From a virus, in the IMG/VR virus record IMGVR_UViG_3300021420_000018, positions 1-64,000 of that record: a DNA stretch of 64,000 bases; one strand, written 5' to 3'. The first letter of the stretch is position 1, and each line of letters begins with the position of its first letter. This document shows, piece after piece, positions 43,397 through 53,543 of the stretch. Under the pieces are notes generated by a model, which made no database searches, was not told the origin of the DNA, and saw only the letters and a program-made list of their open reading frames with translations. The position numbers and the translations under genes were made by a program.

Positions 43397-44148
43397 AGGC
43401 CAGTCCTAAATGGTTGGCTGGGAAGCGTCGCGGGCGGGCAATGGGAAGTTGTGGGCGGCGGAAAACCGTGCGCACAAAATCCAAACCCTCAACGCTCCCC
43501 ATCGCCGCGCCTAACGTACGCTCCGTGACATTCACAGTCAAGTAACAATCGGGCCGCGTGCGCAAATAGCCATCTGTGGAAATGTGGAAATCTCTCAGAC
43601 CCGAACCACCTCTTAACACCGTGAGCCGCGAGACCCTTGACAACCAGCTTATACTCCAAGGAGGCGGGCGGGGGTGGCGGGCAGGAGAAGAGACCTTCCT
43701 TCAGTAAAAAAAAAGAGAAACGAATCGGAAATGAAACGGAAATGAATCGAGTTTTCCACAGGCTACTTTCTAAACTCTTCCTCAGAAGATTCACTTGGTA
43801 TCGCAAACTCATCGGCGGTAAATGGGGACACGTCACCGCTATGTTCTTCGGCAAAAAATGGATTCGCCTGCCAAATGAATCTTTGCTCTACGACGAACGC
43901 CATCCAACTGTAACTTCAACTCCAGCCCAGCAAGACAAAGAAGCGCAGTCCGGCGGATTCGACGGCTACTGACCAGAAACAACTACCGAAAATCTCTGCA
44001 AAAAGTTTTGAATCCCACACGCCTTTCATATCCCGAAAAATGGCAAAAAATGCGCGAGACCGGAGACCGGGCCGGCAAGGCACCGGGCCCTCAAAGTAAT
44101 GAGTAACCGAACCGCACCATGCGACACCGCACCAATGCAAAGCCAGAC

Positions 44149-44180
44149 AAAAAAATAGGGCCGCTTGCTAAGCGGCCCAT
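44149..44180 (-). terminator. Intrinsic terminator
   Basis: GGGCCGCT-TAGCA-AGCGGCCC followed by TATTTTTTT. Confidence 0.8.
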
Positions 44181-44195
44181 TGGTGAGTGTGGGTG

Positions 44196-44895
44196 TTAGT
44201 GCGCTGTCCGGTTCGCGATGCTCGCGGAGTTTACCGCACGCGGCGCACCAATGCGTGTGCTGGCCTGTTCTGTAGCGCGTCGCCCTGCTAGTAGATCGAT
44301 CAGGCGACCGAGCCGCGCATCAATATCGATGGCGGATTGCTTAACAGTTGCGTCCGCGTAGTCTGTTTCGATTCGTACGCGGAGCATCGTTTCACGCATG
44401 GTCAAGAGTAGGTCTAGGACAGTGGTTTTAGCTGGCACGTTACAGTCCCTCGCGGCGGATGTCTGTTAACACGTTCGATGTACTGCCAGGGTCGTACGCT
44501 TGTAACTCGCGGTCAGTGAGCGGCGACCGGTCAGAGTGTAGGAATGATGCTTCGCGGCCAGGTTCGCCGATCAGGTGCAACCCGATGCGATAGAGAAACC
44601 AAAGAACGGCACACGTTAACACGGTCACACTGGCGAACGGTGCCGAGTGTAGCATCGATGGCATGAAAACTAAGGCTAACAGCATCGATACATCTAGCAG
44701 GATAGACGGCGACGCGGAGCCCGCCTCCGGGTTGCGTTCCGACCGATCATTAAGCGCCGCGCGTACATACTGCGCGACCTCTGCATTGGTCGGCGAATCC
44801 GCAACAAAAAAAGTAACGTCAAGGTGTCCGACTGAAAAGTGTGGCACGGGCAGGGCAGTCTCACTGTCTTGCTGTAGCTGGCGACGTGGTTTCAT
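44196..44895 (-). other. Two early-region hypothetical CDS (44196-44438; 44440-44895 membrane)
   Basis: ORFs bracketed by two terminators. Confidence 0.5.
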
Positions 44896-44952
44896 GTTTT
44901 CTCTTTTCTTAACTGTGCTCTGTCTTTGGCACGTGCTAGACAGGGCACGGGT

Positions 44953-44989
44953 AAAAAAAGAGCGAGCGAGTTTTTAGGCTCGCTCGCTC
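44953..44989 (-). terminator. Intrinsic terminator
   Basis: GAGCGAGCGAG-loop-CTCGCTCGCTC followed by T-run. Confidence 0.85.
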
Positions 44990-44996
44990 AGGTGGG

Positions 44997-45263
44997 CTAG
45001 GCTACTTTGCGCGCTAGTGGCGTACGGTCAAAAGCACGCTGTGCGGAAGTAAACTTGGCACGCTGCGCTTTTTGTTCTTTGGCGCTACGGTCGGATTGGA
45101 AAGACTTGTGAAGATGCGCTTTGAACGCTGCAAGGCGAGCAATGGCGCTACGCTCTGCATGCGTCAAGGTCTTTTTTGTTTCGGTCTTTGGCGTGGTCTT
45201 TGTGGATTGTTTCGCGGATTGCTTGGCAGTCTTTGGCGTGGTCTTGCTGTTCTTATTCGTCAT
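44997..45263 (-). CDS. Highly basic, histone-like early protein
   Basis: KTTPKT repeats; Lys-rich; own strong promoter and terminator. Confidence 0.6.
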   Translation of the reverse strand: MTNKNSKTTPKTAKQSAKQSTKTTPKTETKKTLTHAERSAIARLAAFKAHLHKSFQSDRSAKEQKAQRAKFTSAQRAFDRTPLARKVA

Positions 45264-45328
45264 TGTAGTGTGCTCTTTTCTGTCTTGCGTTAGTGTCTTT
45301 TGATCGTGCCTAGACTCTAACTGTGCGG

Positions 45329-45357
45329 ATTTTAGGTTAGCTGGTACGATTTGTCAA
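45329..45357 (-). promoter_or_regulatory. Strong sigma70 promoter
   Basis: TTGACA-17-TAAAAT with A-rich upstream element. Confidence 0.8.
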
Positions 45358-45569
45358 TAGGGCAGACCAACAAAAACAAAAATAAATAAAGAAAAGGCGA
45401 AAGTGTACAGTATGCCACTATGCGTGCGAAAGTTTAGCAATAGGTTAACACGTGTAGTTATTACCGCACGGTTTCCAATAATCCCACTTTCTTATCCTTT
45501 GTTGCCCTGTATCCAATCGGAACGCCCGTAACGATTCTACTCAAAAACTGCGCCGGCAAACTTCTCCCT

Positions 45570-45643
45570 ATGACCCCAAAAAATCCATGACCCTCGTTTT
45601 CCAATGACCCGATGAAACCAGAAAGCCTCTCGGCCCATGACCC
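45570..45643. repeat. Four ATGACCC direct repeats
   Basis: At 45570, 45587, 45604 and 45637. Confidence 0.7.
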
Positions 45644-45700
45644 TTGATTCCGGAGACCGGTTTTGCGCGAGTAAGGTTACATAATGAATCTTATAGACCG

Positions 45701-45710
45701 TAAGCGTTTA
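45701..45710. promoter_or_regulatory. Operator motif copy
   Basis: GTAAGCGTTTACT, intergenic. Confidence 0.55.
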
Positions 45711-45775
45711 CTGATTCCAGGTGAGTTAGGGCTGAAGTTTATATTATCGCCAACAGACCAGTACCACGGCTTCGC

Positions 45776-46186
45776 CTATTCGGAGGTGGGTGTTGCCGCG
45801 ACATCCAATGTTTTTGCTGCTCTCGCTGCAATCTCCGGAGGCAACGGCTCTTTGACCAAAACGATTTCGATCCTGCGATCCGCCGGCCCGATCTCAACAC
45901 GCTGCGCTGCTTTGCCATCCGTCGCTTCGCGCATCTCGCGCGCTGGACCAGGATGACCTTTCGTTACTGCTTCACGAATCAGACCAAGCGCAACTGCGTC
46001 GGCCATCAAAGAGTTTTCATTCAGCGGATGAAAAAATGCGCTCGCCTTTTTCAAAACGCGCAACAGTTGTGGGGGGATGGTCTCGTTTAGCTGCCGAACA
46101 TAAGCCTGGCGCAGCGCAGCAGCCGACTGGAGACCGGAGGGTCTTGAGTTGTTTGTATTTGCGACTCCGTTGGTTCTATTGGCCAC
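45776..46186 (-). CDS. Possible terminase small subunit-like protein
   Basis: RPSG; A..G...AREMREATDGKAAQRVE pattern recalls TerS-like proteins; divergent from TerL; start uncertain. Confidence 0.45.
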   Translation of the reverse strand: MANRTNGVANTNNSRPSGLQSAAALRQAYVRQLNETIPPQLLRVLKKASAFFHPLNENSLMADAVALGLIREAVTKGHPGPAREMREATDGKAAQRVEIGPADRRIEIVLVKEPLPPEIAARAAKTLDVAATPTSE

Positions 46187-46292
46187 GTTTAGTTTCGCCG
46201 TCTCGTATAAGTGTAGTAATACCAGAGTCTTGGGTTTTCGCGCAAGTGGGGGATTCGCCAGTGTTCCGGGTTTGTGGTGTAATGATCGCGGA

Positions 46293-49052
46293 ATGAGTGA
46301 AGGGCAAGAACCGACCAAGCCGTTTGTGGTAGCAGCTCCGAAAGTAAAAGGGGGAGCGCCGCGAATATACTACCAGTGCACCAAGCATGTTTCTCATGCG
46401 TGGTCGTCGGACGACATGGAGACCGCGTATTGCTATCGGTGCAAGAAGACCCGGATGGAGTTATTGATTCCGGCGCCCACGATTGAAGAGGCCAGTAACG
46501 TAATCGATGATCTGGTAAAGGAAGCGCAGGGCGATCCGTGTCCGATCCATGTAAGGAATGTAGATGGATTTCCAGAACAGAAAGAGTTGGTGGAATCCGC
46601 GAGAAAACGAAAGATGGTGCGAGCGGGAAGACGTGGAGGGAAGACCACGAGTGCGGCGACTTTGACCGTGAATCACTTTGCCAAAGGGGGAAGGGTTTTG
46701 TATGCGGTGCCGGTGGTTGACCAACTGGAGAAGTGGTGGAAAGAAGTTTTATGGAGTCTGCGGGAACTGATCAATGCCGGGAGGGTATACAAGAACGAGA
46801 CCGAGCACGTGATTGAGTTCCGGGGGACCGACAACCGGATCAAGGGGAAGACGGCGTGGAATGCCGATACGCTCAGAGGTGACTGGTGCACGCTACTGGT
46901 TTTGGACGAATACCAGCTGATGGATGAGACGGCGTGGACCGAAGTGGGTCAGCCGATGATGATTGACAAAGACGGAGATGCGGTCTTGATTTACACGCCG
47001 CCGAGTTTAAGTTCGCGGTCGATCAGCAAAGCCGTGGACAAGCAGCATGCGTCCAAGATGTTCAAGCGGTGCTCGGCCGATCCGGAATGGCTGTGTTTGC
47101 ATTTTTCATCGAGGGCCAATCCGTTTCTGTCCAAAGAGGGAATCGATCGGGCCGAACGCAATATGAGCAAGCTCGCGTTCATCCAGGAGATTGAAGCCGT
47201 GGATACCGACGAAGTGCCGAATGCGTTGTGGACCAGAAAAGTGTTGGACGATTCCCGGGTGCTCGCGCCAACGGAATGGGACCGCAAAGAACGGAAGTTT
47301 GTGATACCGCCAGCGCTGAGGGCGAAATATCCGGAGGCGCCGGATGCGCCGGTATTTCCTGGCGGTTATCGCAGGATCGTGGTGGCCATTGACCCTTCGG
47401 GATCGACAACCACGGAAGTGGGGATTGTGGCGGCAGGAGAAGCGTTTGACGGTGAGTATTACATCCTGTTTGACGAATCGATGTTTGCGTCACGGCCAAA
47501 AGCGTGGGCGGGCCAATCGATCAGGCTTTATGAAAAATGCGGCGCTGACCGGATCGTGGCCGAACGGAACTTTGGCGGCGACATGGTGGAAGAGACCTTG
47601 AAGACCGTGGATGAGAATATTCCGTATAAAGACATTGTCTCGAGCCGCGGTAAGCTCGTTAGGGCCGAACCGGTGAGCTCGCTGTTTGAGCATAACCGCG
47701 CGCACATGGTTGGCGAGTTTCCGGAACTTGAAGATGAACTCGTGAGCTACACGGGAATGCCAGGTGAGCGCAGTCCTAATCGCCTGGACGCTTGCTTTGT
47801 AAAAGGCACGAAGGTGTTGACCAGGCGCGGGAACATCCCCATCGAAGCCGTTCGAGTTGGTGACTTTGCTTGGACGCGCCAAGGCTGGAAGCGAATCCTC
47901 AAAGCTGGAATCACATCAGCGCGAGCGCCGGTGACAACGCTCCAGTTAAGTGATCGTTCGATTACCGGAACAAGCTCTCACCCTATTTGGGCTATAGGCA
48001 AGGGATTCACAGCTATGGACGCATTGGTTTGTGGTGATACAATGCTGACGTGCCAAAGCGACAGCCGCAGCAAACTAAAGAGCGGCCCGAAACCATCTAT
48101 TTTCAAGGCATTCCGTACCACAGATATCCGGACAGCAAGCGCCGCAATCAACGCGTTTATTATACAGGCAGTAAGAATGGCCGAACTGTTATGTTGCACC
48201 AAGCCATCTGGGAATATCATCGTGGGCCGATTCCGAAAGGCTATCACGTACATCACGTCGACGATGACCCACTCCACAATGAGATTTCAAATTATGAATG
48301 CTTATCCCCGGCCGCGCACAACTCAAAGCTTCGGGGCAAATCCAGCGATCGGAGGCGACGCCATTTGGCAGACGTTCGACCGCTTGCATCGGAATGGCAC
48401 TCCAGTCCGGAAGGAATCGCTTGGCACCGCAACCACGGTAAACGCACTTGGCGTGGCCGCAAGCCGCAGCCAAAAGGGAAATGTTTGTCGTGCAATGAGC
48501 CCATCAAAGGATTCAAAGATAAACGCTTCTGCAGCCGAGCCTGCATGCAGACAGCCTATAGAAAAAACCACACATATCAGTGTTTGGTCTTGTGCCCCAT
48601 TTGCGGCAATCCGTTCTGGCAAAGCAAATATCGGCCACGACCGAAGTTTTGCTCCCGTCTATGTGCTTGGGAAGCACGACGCAGGGAGCGCACCGGTTTA
48701 CAATTTGGAAGTTGAGGACGCACACGAATATTTCGCCAACGGGATCCTTGTTCACAACTGCGTGTTCGCGATCATGGAGCTGTTAGGGCCCGGTGCGCTC
48801 AGCCTGGTCGAACTGTACAAGCAGGGTGGAATGGAGAAATACATGCTGCCCAAAACAACTGCCGCGACGTCCTTGGCCAGTGTGGCCACAAACAGCAAAA
48901 CTCCAAAATGTCCGCAGTGCCATCAGATTACGCTGCAAAATAACGTGGCCGGCCAAATCCGCTGCGGACATTGCGGATTCCAGCGGCCGATACCAGGGCA
49001 GCCCAACGTGCAGCCGATTGGCGGCCGGCGCGCGATCGATCTCCGCAAGTAA
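46293..49052 (+). CDS. terL: Terminase large subunit with intein
   Basis: RAGRRGGKT Walker A; LRG; LVLDE Walker B; VAIDP; AERNFGG; GKLVRAEP; SPNRLDA. Confidence 0.93.
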   Translation: MSEGQEPTKPFVVAAPKVKGGAPRIYYQCTKHVSHAWSSDDMETAYCYRCKKTRMELLIPAPTIEEASNVIDDLVKEAQGDPCPIHVRNVDGFPEQKELVESARKRKMVRAGRRGGKTTSAATLTVNHFAKGGRVLYAVPVVDQLEKWWKEVLWSLRELINAGRVYKNETEHVIEFRGTDNRIKGKTAWNADTLRGDWCTLLVLDEYQLMDETAWTEVGQPMMIDKDGDAVLIYTPPSLSSRSISKAVDKQHASKMFKRCSADPEWLCLHFSSRANPFLSKEGIDRAERNMSKLAFIQEIEAVDTDEVPNALWTRKVLDDSRVLAPTEWDRKERKFVIPPALRAKYPEAPDAPVFPGGYRRIVVAIDPSGSTTTEVGIVAAGEAFDGEYYILFDESMFASRPKAWAGQSIRLYEKCGADRIVAERNFGGDMVEETLKTVDENIPYKDIVSSRGKLVRAEPVSSLFEHNRAHMVGEFPELEDELVSYTGMPGERSPNRLDACFVKGTKVLTRRGNIPIEAVRVGDFAWTRQGWKRILKAGITSARAPVTTLQLSDRSITGTSSHPIWAIGKGFTAMDALVCGDTMLTCQSDSRSKLKSGPKPSIFKAFRTTDIRTASAAINAFIIQAVRMAELLCCTKPSGNIIVGRFRKAITYITSTMTHSTMRFQIMNAYPRPRTTQSFGANPAIGGDAIWQTFDRLHRNGTPVRKESLGTATTVNALGVAASRSQKGNVCRAMSPSKDSKINASAAEPACRQPIEKTTHISVWSCAPFAAIRSGKANIGHDRSFAPVYVLGKHDAGSAPVYNLEVEDAHEYFANGILVHNCVFAIMELLGPGALSLVELYKQGGMEKYMLPKTTAATSLASVATNSKTPKCPQCHQITLQNNVAGQIRCGHCGFQRPIPGQPNVQPIGGRRAIDLRK
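48035..48043 (+). promoter_or_regulatory. Extended -10 promoter inside the intein
   Basis: TG-a-TACAAT, 7 nt before GTG 48050. Confidence 0.55.
48050..48715 (+). CDS. HNH endonuclease nested out of frame in the TerL intein
   Basis: LHQAIWEYHRGPIPKGYHVHHVDDDPLHNEISNYECL; two CxxC...FCSRxC Zn fingers. Confidence 0.88.
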   Translation: MPKRQPQQTKERPETIYFQGIPYHRYPDSKRRNQRVYYTGSKNGRTVMLHQAIWEYHRGPIPKGYHVHHVDDDPLHNEISNYECLSPAAHNSKLRGKSSDRRRRHLADVRPLASEWHSSPEGIAWHRNHGKRTWRGRKPQPKGKCLSCNEPIKGFKDKRFCSRACMQTAYRKNHTYQCLVLCPICGNPFWQSKYRPRPKFCSRLCAWEARRRERTGLQFGS

Positions 49053-49084
49053 GCGTTTACCCACACTTCAGTTTGTGCTATGGT
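49050..49084 (+). promoter_or_regulatory. Operator plus promoter after terL
   Basis: TAAGCGTTTA 49050-49059; TGcTATGGT extended -10. Confidence 0.55.
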
Positions 49085-49092
49085 CTGCGGCC

Positions 49093-51150
49093 ATGAGGAA
49101 AGCATTGCCTGGCAAAACCAGGAAAGAGGCCAAGCGTAACACTTATGCGCTAGTAGATGATCCCGACGCGCTATATTTTTCGTTGTGCGTTACAGAAGGC
49201 ATGGAGACGCGAATCATCATCACCAGACCGGCGAAAGCAAAGCAGTTCGGCGGGGTCAACATGACCATCTCGGAGTTCTGGCGCATGCTGGAAAAGCATT
49301 TACAGAACCAAAGGAGAAAACATGAAAGAAAAGTCCTCCAGTGAAAAAGTGCGCCAGGACGTGTGCGAACAGAGCGGCCATAGCCTCACGTCGTTCGAGG
49401 GCAAAATCGTTTGCGAGATCCGCGGCGACGGCATCAAGCTCAGCCAAGTCGCATGAACTGGTTTCACCGGCACGGGCCTTGGGAAGTGGTCGGCGCGTCG
49501 TGCGACGAGATGACGCACTACATCTGCGGCGAACACTACAAGGTTTTCGCCGTCGCCGTTGACTTCGCACTGATCTGGGGCTTTGTACGGGCCTATATGT
49601 TTCTGAGGAGCCTGTGAGATGTGTCTCGATGAAGTGTTCAGCAGTAGGCCAAAGGCTGCGGGATATGGTTGGAAGGTATACGAATTATCGGGCCGAGCAC
49701 TCACGGGCATTTACATGGAGTATTCGGCAGCCGAAGGGGAGTGGCTAAAAGCCCCTGATACAAACGATCCAGACGTTGGGTTTCACATATACAAATCCAA
49801 ACGGTGTGCTGAAAAGTTCTTGAAGTATTCGCGCATACATGCTCGCGGTGATCGCTTCGCCATAGTTCGTGTGCGGTACAGAAAAGCTCACGCTCACGGC
49901 AGGGGTGACGGAGGATTCAGTAATGCCGTCGTTGTGGTAGCGAAAGAAATGTTCATCTACCCACGGAAGAAGGCTGGTCAATGACCCTCTGTGTCCCATG
50001 CCTGGAACGCGCCAACCGCGAGCGGGAGGCTTATCGCATCGTGGACGGCACTCCCATGTGCCGGCCGTGCTTCACGGGCAGCGGAGAATTCGACAAAGAG
50101 GCTAACTCGGAGTCACGGCGCATGGGCTGGTCGCACAGAGACTATACCCACAGGTCGGCGAGGGAACTCAAGTGACCGACTGGTTCTGCTTGGATTGCCG
50201 CTTCCCGACGCAGCTAAACAAGCACGGCTATTGCGCCCGCTGCGGCAGTGACGGAGTAGCTCCGCCAACCGTGCGTACCAAGACCGAGGCAGAGTACGAA
50301 GTGGAGTTGCTGGAGCGGCTGTATGAGAGGAGCGAGGGATGAGTTTCGATTCTTTGCTTTTACACCACCAAGTTCCAGGGGCGCGAGGCTTTCACGGATG
50401 GCCACATTATCTGCGTAGGGATGGCTCCGAAGGACACTTACGGCGAGAAGAAGGTAACCCAAGCCATCCTAGACTTAATCCCAAAGAAGCTGCACCCAGC
50501 ACTTCGCGGCAAGCGGGGTAGGTCAAGTTCAGGACTCGACTGCATTGACTTTGAACCTAGCTGCCGAGTCCAAAAGTGGTACGTCGAGTTCATCGAGACG
50601 AAATATACAAAGCCGCGATTCTTTGTCGGCAACCCCCTTGGGAAGGACTGGAAAGAGCGCGTCTTAATTGCCAAAGAGGGGCGCCATATTGTGGCACTCG
50701 TAGCGCCGGTTCATATGTGGGGAGAGCTTACATAGATGGGTCGCGTCTGTTCGCGTGCGGGGTGTGGAACCATATTACTAACGCCTAACGGCTCGACGGA
50801 CTGGAAGAAGCGCTTCTGCTCGAAGGAATGCAAAACTTTGGATCTGCGCGAGAAGATGCGGGATAAGAGACGGCTGGCCAAGGATGCTTTGCAGGATGCA
50901 CTTGTTTCGCGTAACAAAGCACGCGCAGCCACGGACGAGACAGAGGTAGGGGAGATGGCCAAGGGTGACTAGGTCCGATGAAGCGTCTACCAACGTATGT
51001 GTGGGTCTGTGAAGGCTGCGGAATGTGGCGGGATTGGGGAAGCGATACCGTATTCAATACGCAAGAACCCTATCTGGTGTGCCCAGAGTGCAAAAAGGTT
51101 ACTAAGCACTCTCAGTTCGATGGCGATGGCAATAAAAGCCGAGATCAAGG
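49093..51150 (+). other. Run of small hypothetical CDS (e.g. 49093-49344, 49619-49984, 49981-50175, 50421-50735, 50736-50972)
   Basis: Packed plus-strand ORFs with ATGA/GTGA overlaps, several Cys-rich. Confidence 0.55.
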
Positions 51151-51417
51151 GTGACTAGGCCCGACTTCGTAGCTGTTTACCCCGGTCAGTGCGGCAAGTT
51201 GGCAATGTGTCGAATGGAAGCTCAAGGACAATGGTTTCGGATGCAGATGCTTATGTGTGAATCAGGAAGGTACGGCTACCTCTGTTCCCAAGACGGCTCT
51301 CCGCTACGGAGCGAGCTTGCCGCACGAGCGTGCGGACTCGACCTCTCTACTTATGAGCTAGGACTGGCAGAGCTAACCGAGGCTCGAGCGGGAAGCTCGC
51401 CGGGAAGCATTGCGTGA
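51151..51417 (+). pseudogene. Degenerate N-terminal fragment of a second replication-initiator-like gene
   Basis: RP.F..YPG...CRMEAQGQWFRM..LM.ES.RYGYL...G.P...LAR..G; ends after 88 aa. Confidence 0.4.
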
Positions 51418-51519
51418 TCTGGCCTCAGCTTTGAAGAAAGTGTGTCCTGAAGTAATCCCGGCGATTATTTCCGCAACGCATCCGGAAGAGGAGTTTCTGG
51501 CGTTCTTGCGGAGCGAGTC

Positions 51520-51897
51520 ATGAGCGCCTGCATTTTTTTGTTTCTTCTGACCTGTCCGCGGTTTCACGCAGAGAGTACGCTTTTGATTGTGCAGGCCAGT
51601 GTGATGGCGGCCGATGGCGCCACGACCAGATCGATTGATGCTCAGTTAAGACGGAATGGCGTGCCACCGCCTTACGAACATAATCCAGTGGCTCGAGCCG
51701 TGTTGGGTGACTATCCAACGTGGCCGCGGATGATCGGTGCCGGCTATGCGGAGCTGACACTTGAAAGTCTGGCAATATCGGAACTAGCCAGATCCAGGCA
51801 TAAGGTCGTGCGCGGATTAAGATGGTTTGTTCCAACAGTGGGAATCGCGGGCCATGCCTTCGCCCTTGGCGTCACGATTGGAGGAGCTGGCCAATGA
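51520..51897 (+). CDS. Membrane protein (DUF5658-like)
   Basis: ADGATT...EHNPVAR; hydrophobic helices. Confidence 0.55.
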   Translation: MSACIFLFLLTCPRFHAESTLLIVQASVMAADGATTRSIDAQLRRNGVPPPYEHNPVARAVLGDYPTWPRMIGAGYAELTLESLAISELARSRHKVVRGLRWFVPTVGIAGHAFALGVTIGGAGQ

Positions 51898-52966
51898 ACT
51901 CCTGGCTCCTAGTCGGTTTTAGCCTTATCGGTTTGGTGATCCTGTTTGGCCTGGGCTGGTGGGGAGATGGACCGCCATGGAAACGGTGGAAATAAACTCA
52001 AGGAGGCAGCCATGTCTGATCCGAAGCTAAGCATCTTCGACGCAACAACCGACAGTGCCGGGAATATAACGCTGACGCTTCGCATTGAAGCACAGCCAGA
52101 CACCACACTGACGCTCCAGTCTGAAGAAGAGTTCGTATCCGTAAAAAAGACAGATCTCCTCGCTTGGTCGAGCGCCTTGAAAGCTCTGCTCGATGAGATG
52201 GCCGGGTAAATGAAAGTCGGTAAACGCGATTGGACCGATGGCTTCTGGAACGTTTTCCGATATCGCGAACTGAGCGAGCTGGCCATGCTTGAAAACAGAG
52301 CCGTGAAGATCGCCGCGAGAAACAATATCGAGCTGAATGAACTATGCCTGATTTCCTTCAGAGGCAGACGCTTCGTGCAGTGGTTTGGCGTCAACCGCTA
52401 TTTGCCGTGGCCGAAATGAACCACGAAATGCGCAGACTCCAAAGAGCGAGCCGGCCGAGCGTTAAACGGTATCCCGGCAAGCGCAGAATCATCCGGATGC
52501 ACTGGAGCTGCGGCGTTCCGTTTTGTTCGCACCGGTTCAAGATCATGGCCTGGTTGCACCACTGGTGGGCGAGCCGATGAATCAGTATGGCGCAATCTGG
52601 ATTAAGCAACGGTCCGTCTTTTGCACGGACTCAATGTGGGCGAGCCGTGATGAACATCATCGCTGCGCCGGCAGATTTCGGGCGAAAGGCCAAGAACCTT
52701 CAGGGCAGAATCCAACGACGATGGCGGTATGCGATTGTCCGTGTCACGATGCACAGCGCAAAAACGAACTCCAAGATAATCTGGATCGTTGGGAGTGGCT
52801 AGTGGCACACAGGGCACCGCTCAATCGGTCGCCAGATCGGTGGATGGGCCTGAAGTGAACTTTGAAGGGCTAATAGTAACAAATCGCATTATCAGGCCAA
52901 TAACAGGGAATCTGATCGCATTTTGGGCCCCAAATGAGCCTTTTGACGCGTTTTTAGGGGTAACGA

Positions 52967-53338
52967 ATGTACGGAAGGGTAAACGAATCGGTGCATTTCA
53001 CCGCGCGCCAATGCGAACTCCTCACGCTTGTTGCCCGCGGCTGCGAGAATGACGAGATCGCGAGCCGCTTGCATCTGAGCTACGGCACTGTCCAGTACCA
53101 TCTGCACGTGCTGCGCGCAAAACTAGGGCTGCCAAACTACTGCGAGAGGATTTTATTTATCGAGCTCACCCGAGAGCTTGGCTTTGCCGAGGAGCATTGG
53201 GACAGTGCGGAAAAGTTTACCGATGACAAACAGCTCGATTTTCGTCATCCTACAGAGAATGGAGGGCACAAAAATGAATCCGATGAATCCGCTCACGTTG
53301 CTGTCGCAAGTGGTGGGGTCAGTGAGATTGGGCCATGA
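52967..53338 (+). CDS. LuxR-type HTH protein
   Basis: FTARQCELLTLVARGCENDEIASRLHLSYGTVQYH. Confidence 0.85.
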   Translation: MYGRVNESVHFTARQCELLTLVARGCENDEIASRLHLSYGTVQYHLHVLRAKLGLPNYCERILFIELTRELGFAEEHWDSAEKFTDDKQLDFRHPTENGGHKNESDESAHVAVASGGVSEIGP

Positions 53339-53543
53339 TCACTATGGATTCTTTGGGATCAATGGCCTGTTCGGCATCCTCATAGGGATAATCATATTCA
53401 TCGTGGTTGCCGTGATCCTGTGGAAGATTATGGAGATCGTCCTTCCCAAACTGGGCGTGGACGGTGGATGGATGCAGGTGATCAAACTGCTCATCATCCT
53501 GTTCCTGTTCCTGGCGTTCATGCACTTTGTCGGATTCTTCTGA
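53274..53543 (+). CDS. Small membrane protein
   Basis: GGAGG RBS; two long hydrophobic helices. Confidence 0.65.
   Translation: MNPMNPLTLLSQVVGSVRLGHDHYGFFGINGLFGILIGIIIFIVVAVILWKIMEIVLPKLGVDGGWMQVIKLLIILFLFLAFMHFVGFF

Larger units (their letters stand above)
47793..48758 (+). mobile_element. Intein (322 aa) in TerL nuclease domain
   Basis: A|CFVKGTKVLTRRG; TSSHPI; VYNLEVEDAHEYFANGILVHN|C. Confidence 0.92.

Noticed and set aside
46149-46292. ORF-track N-terminal extension of TerL
   Set aside because: Overlaps the divergent gene and its promoter region; ATG 46293 after a TAATGAT-like -10 is more plausible
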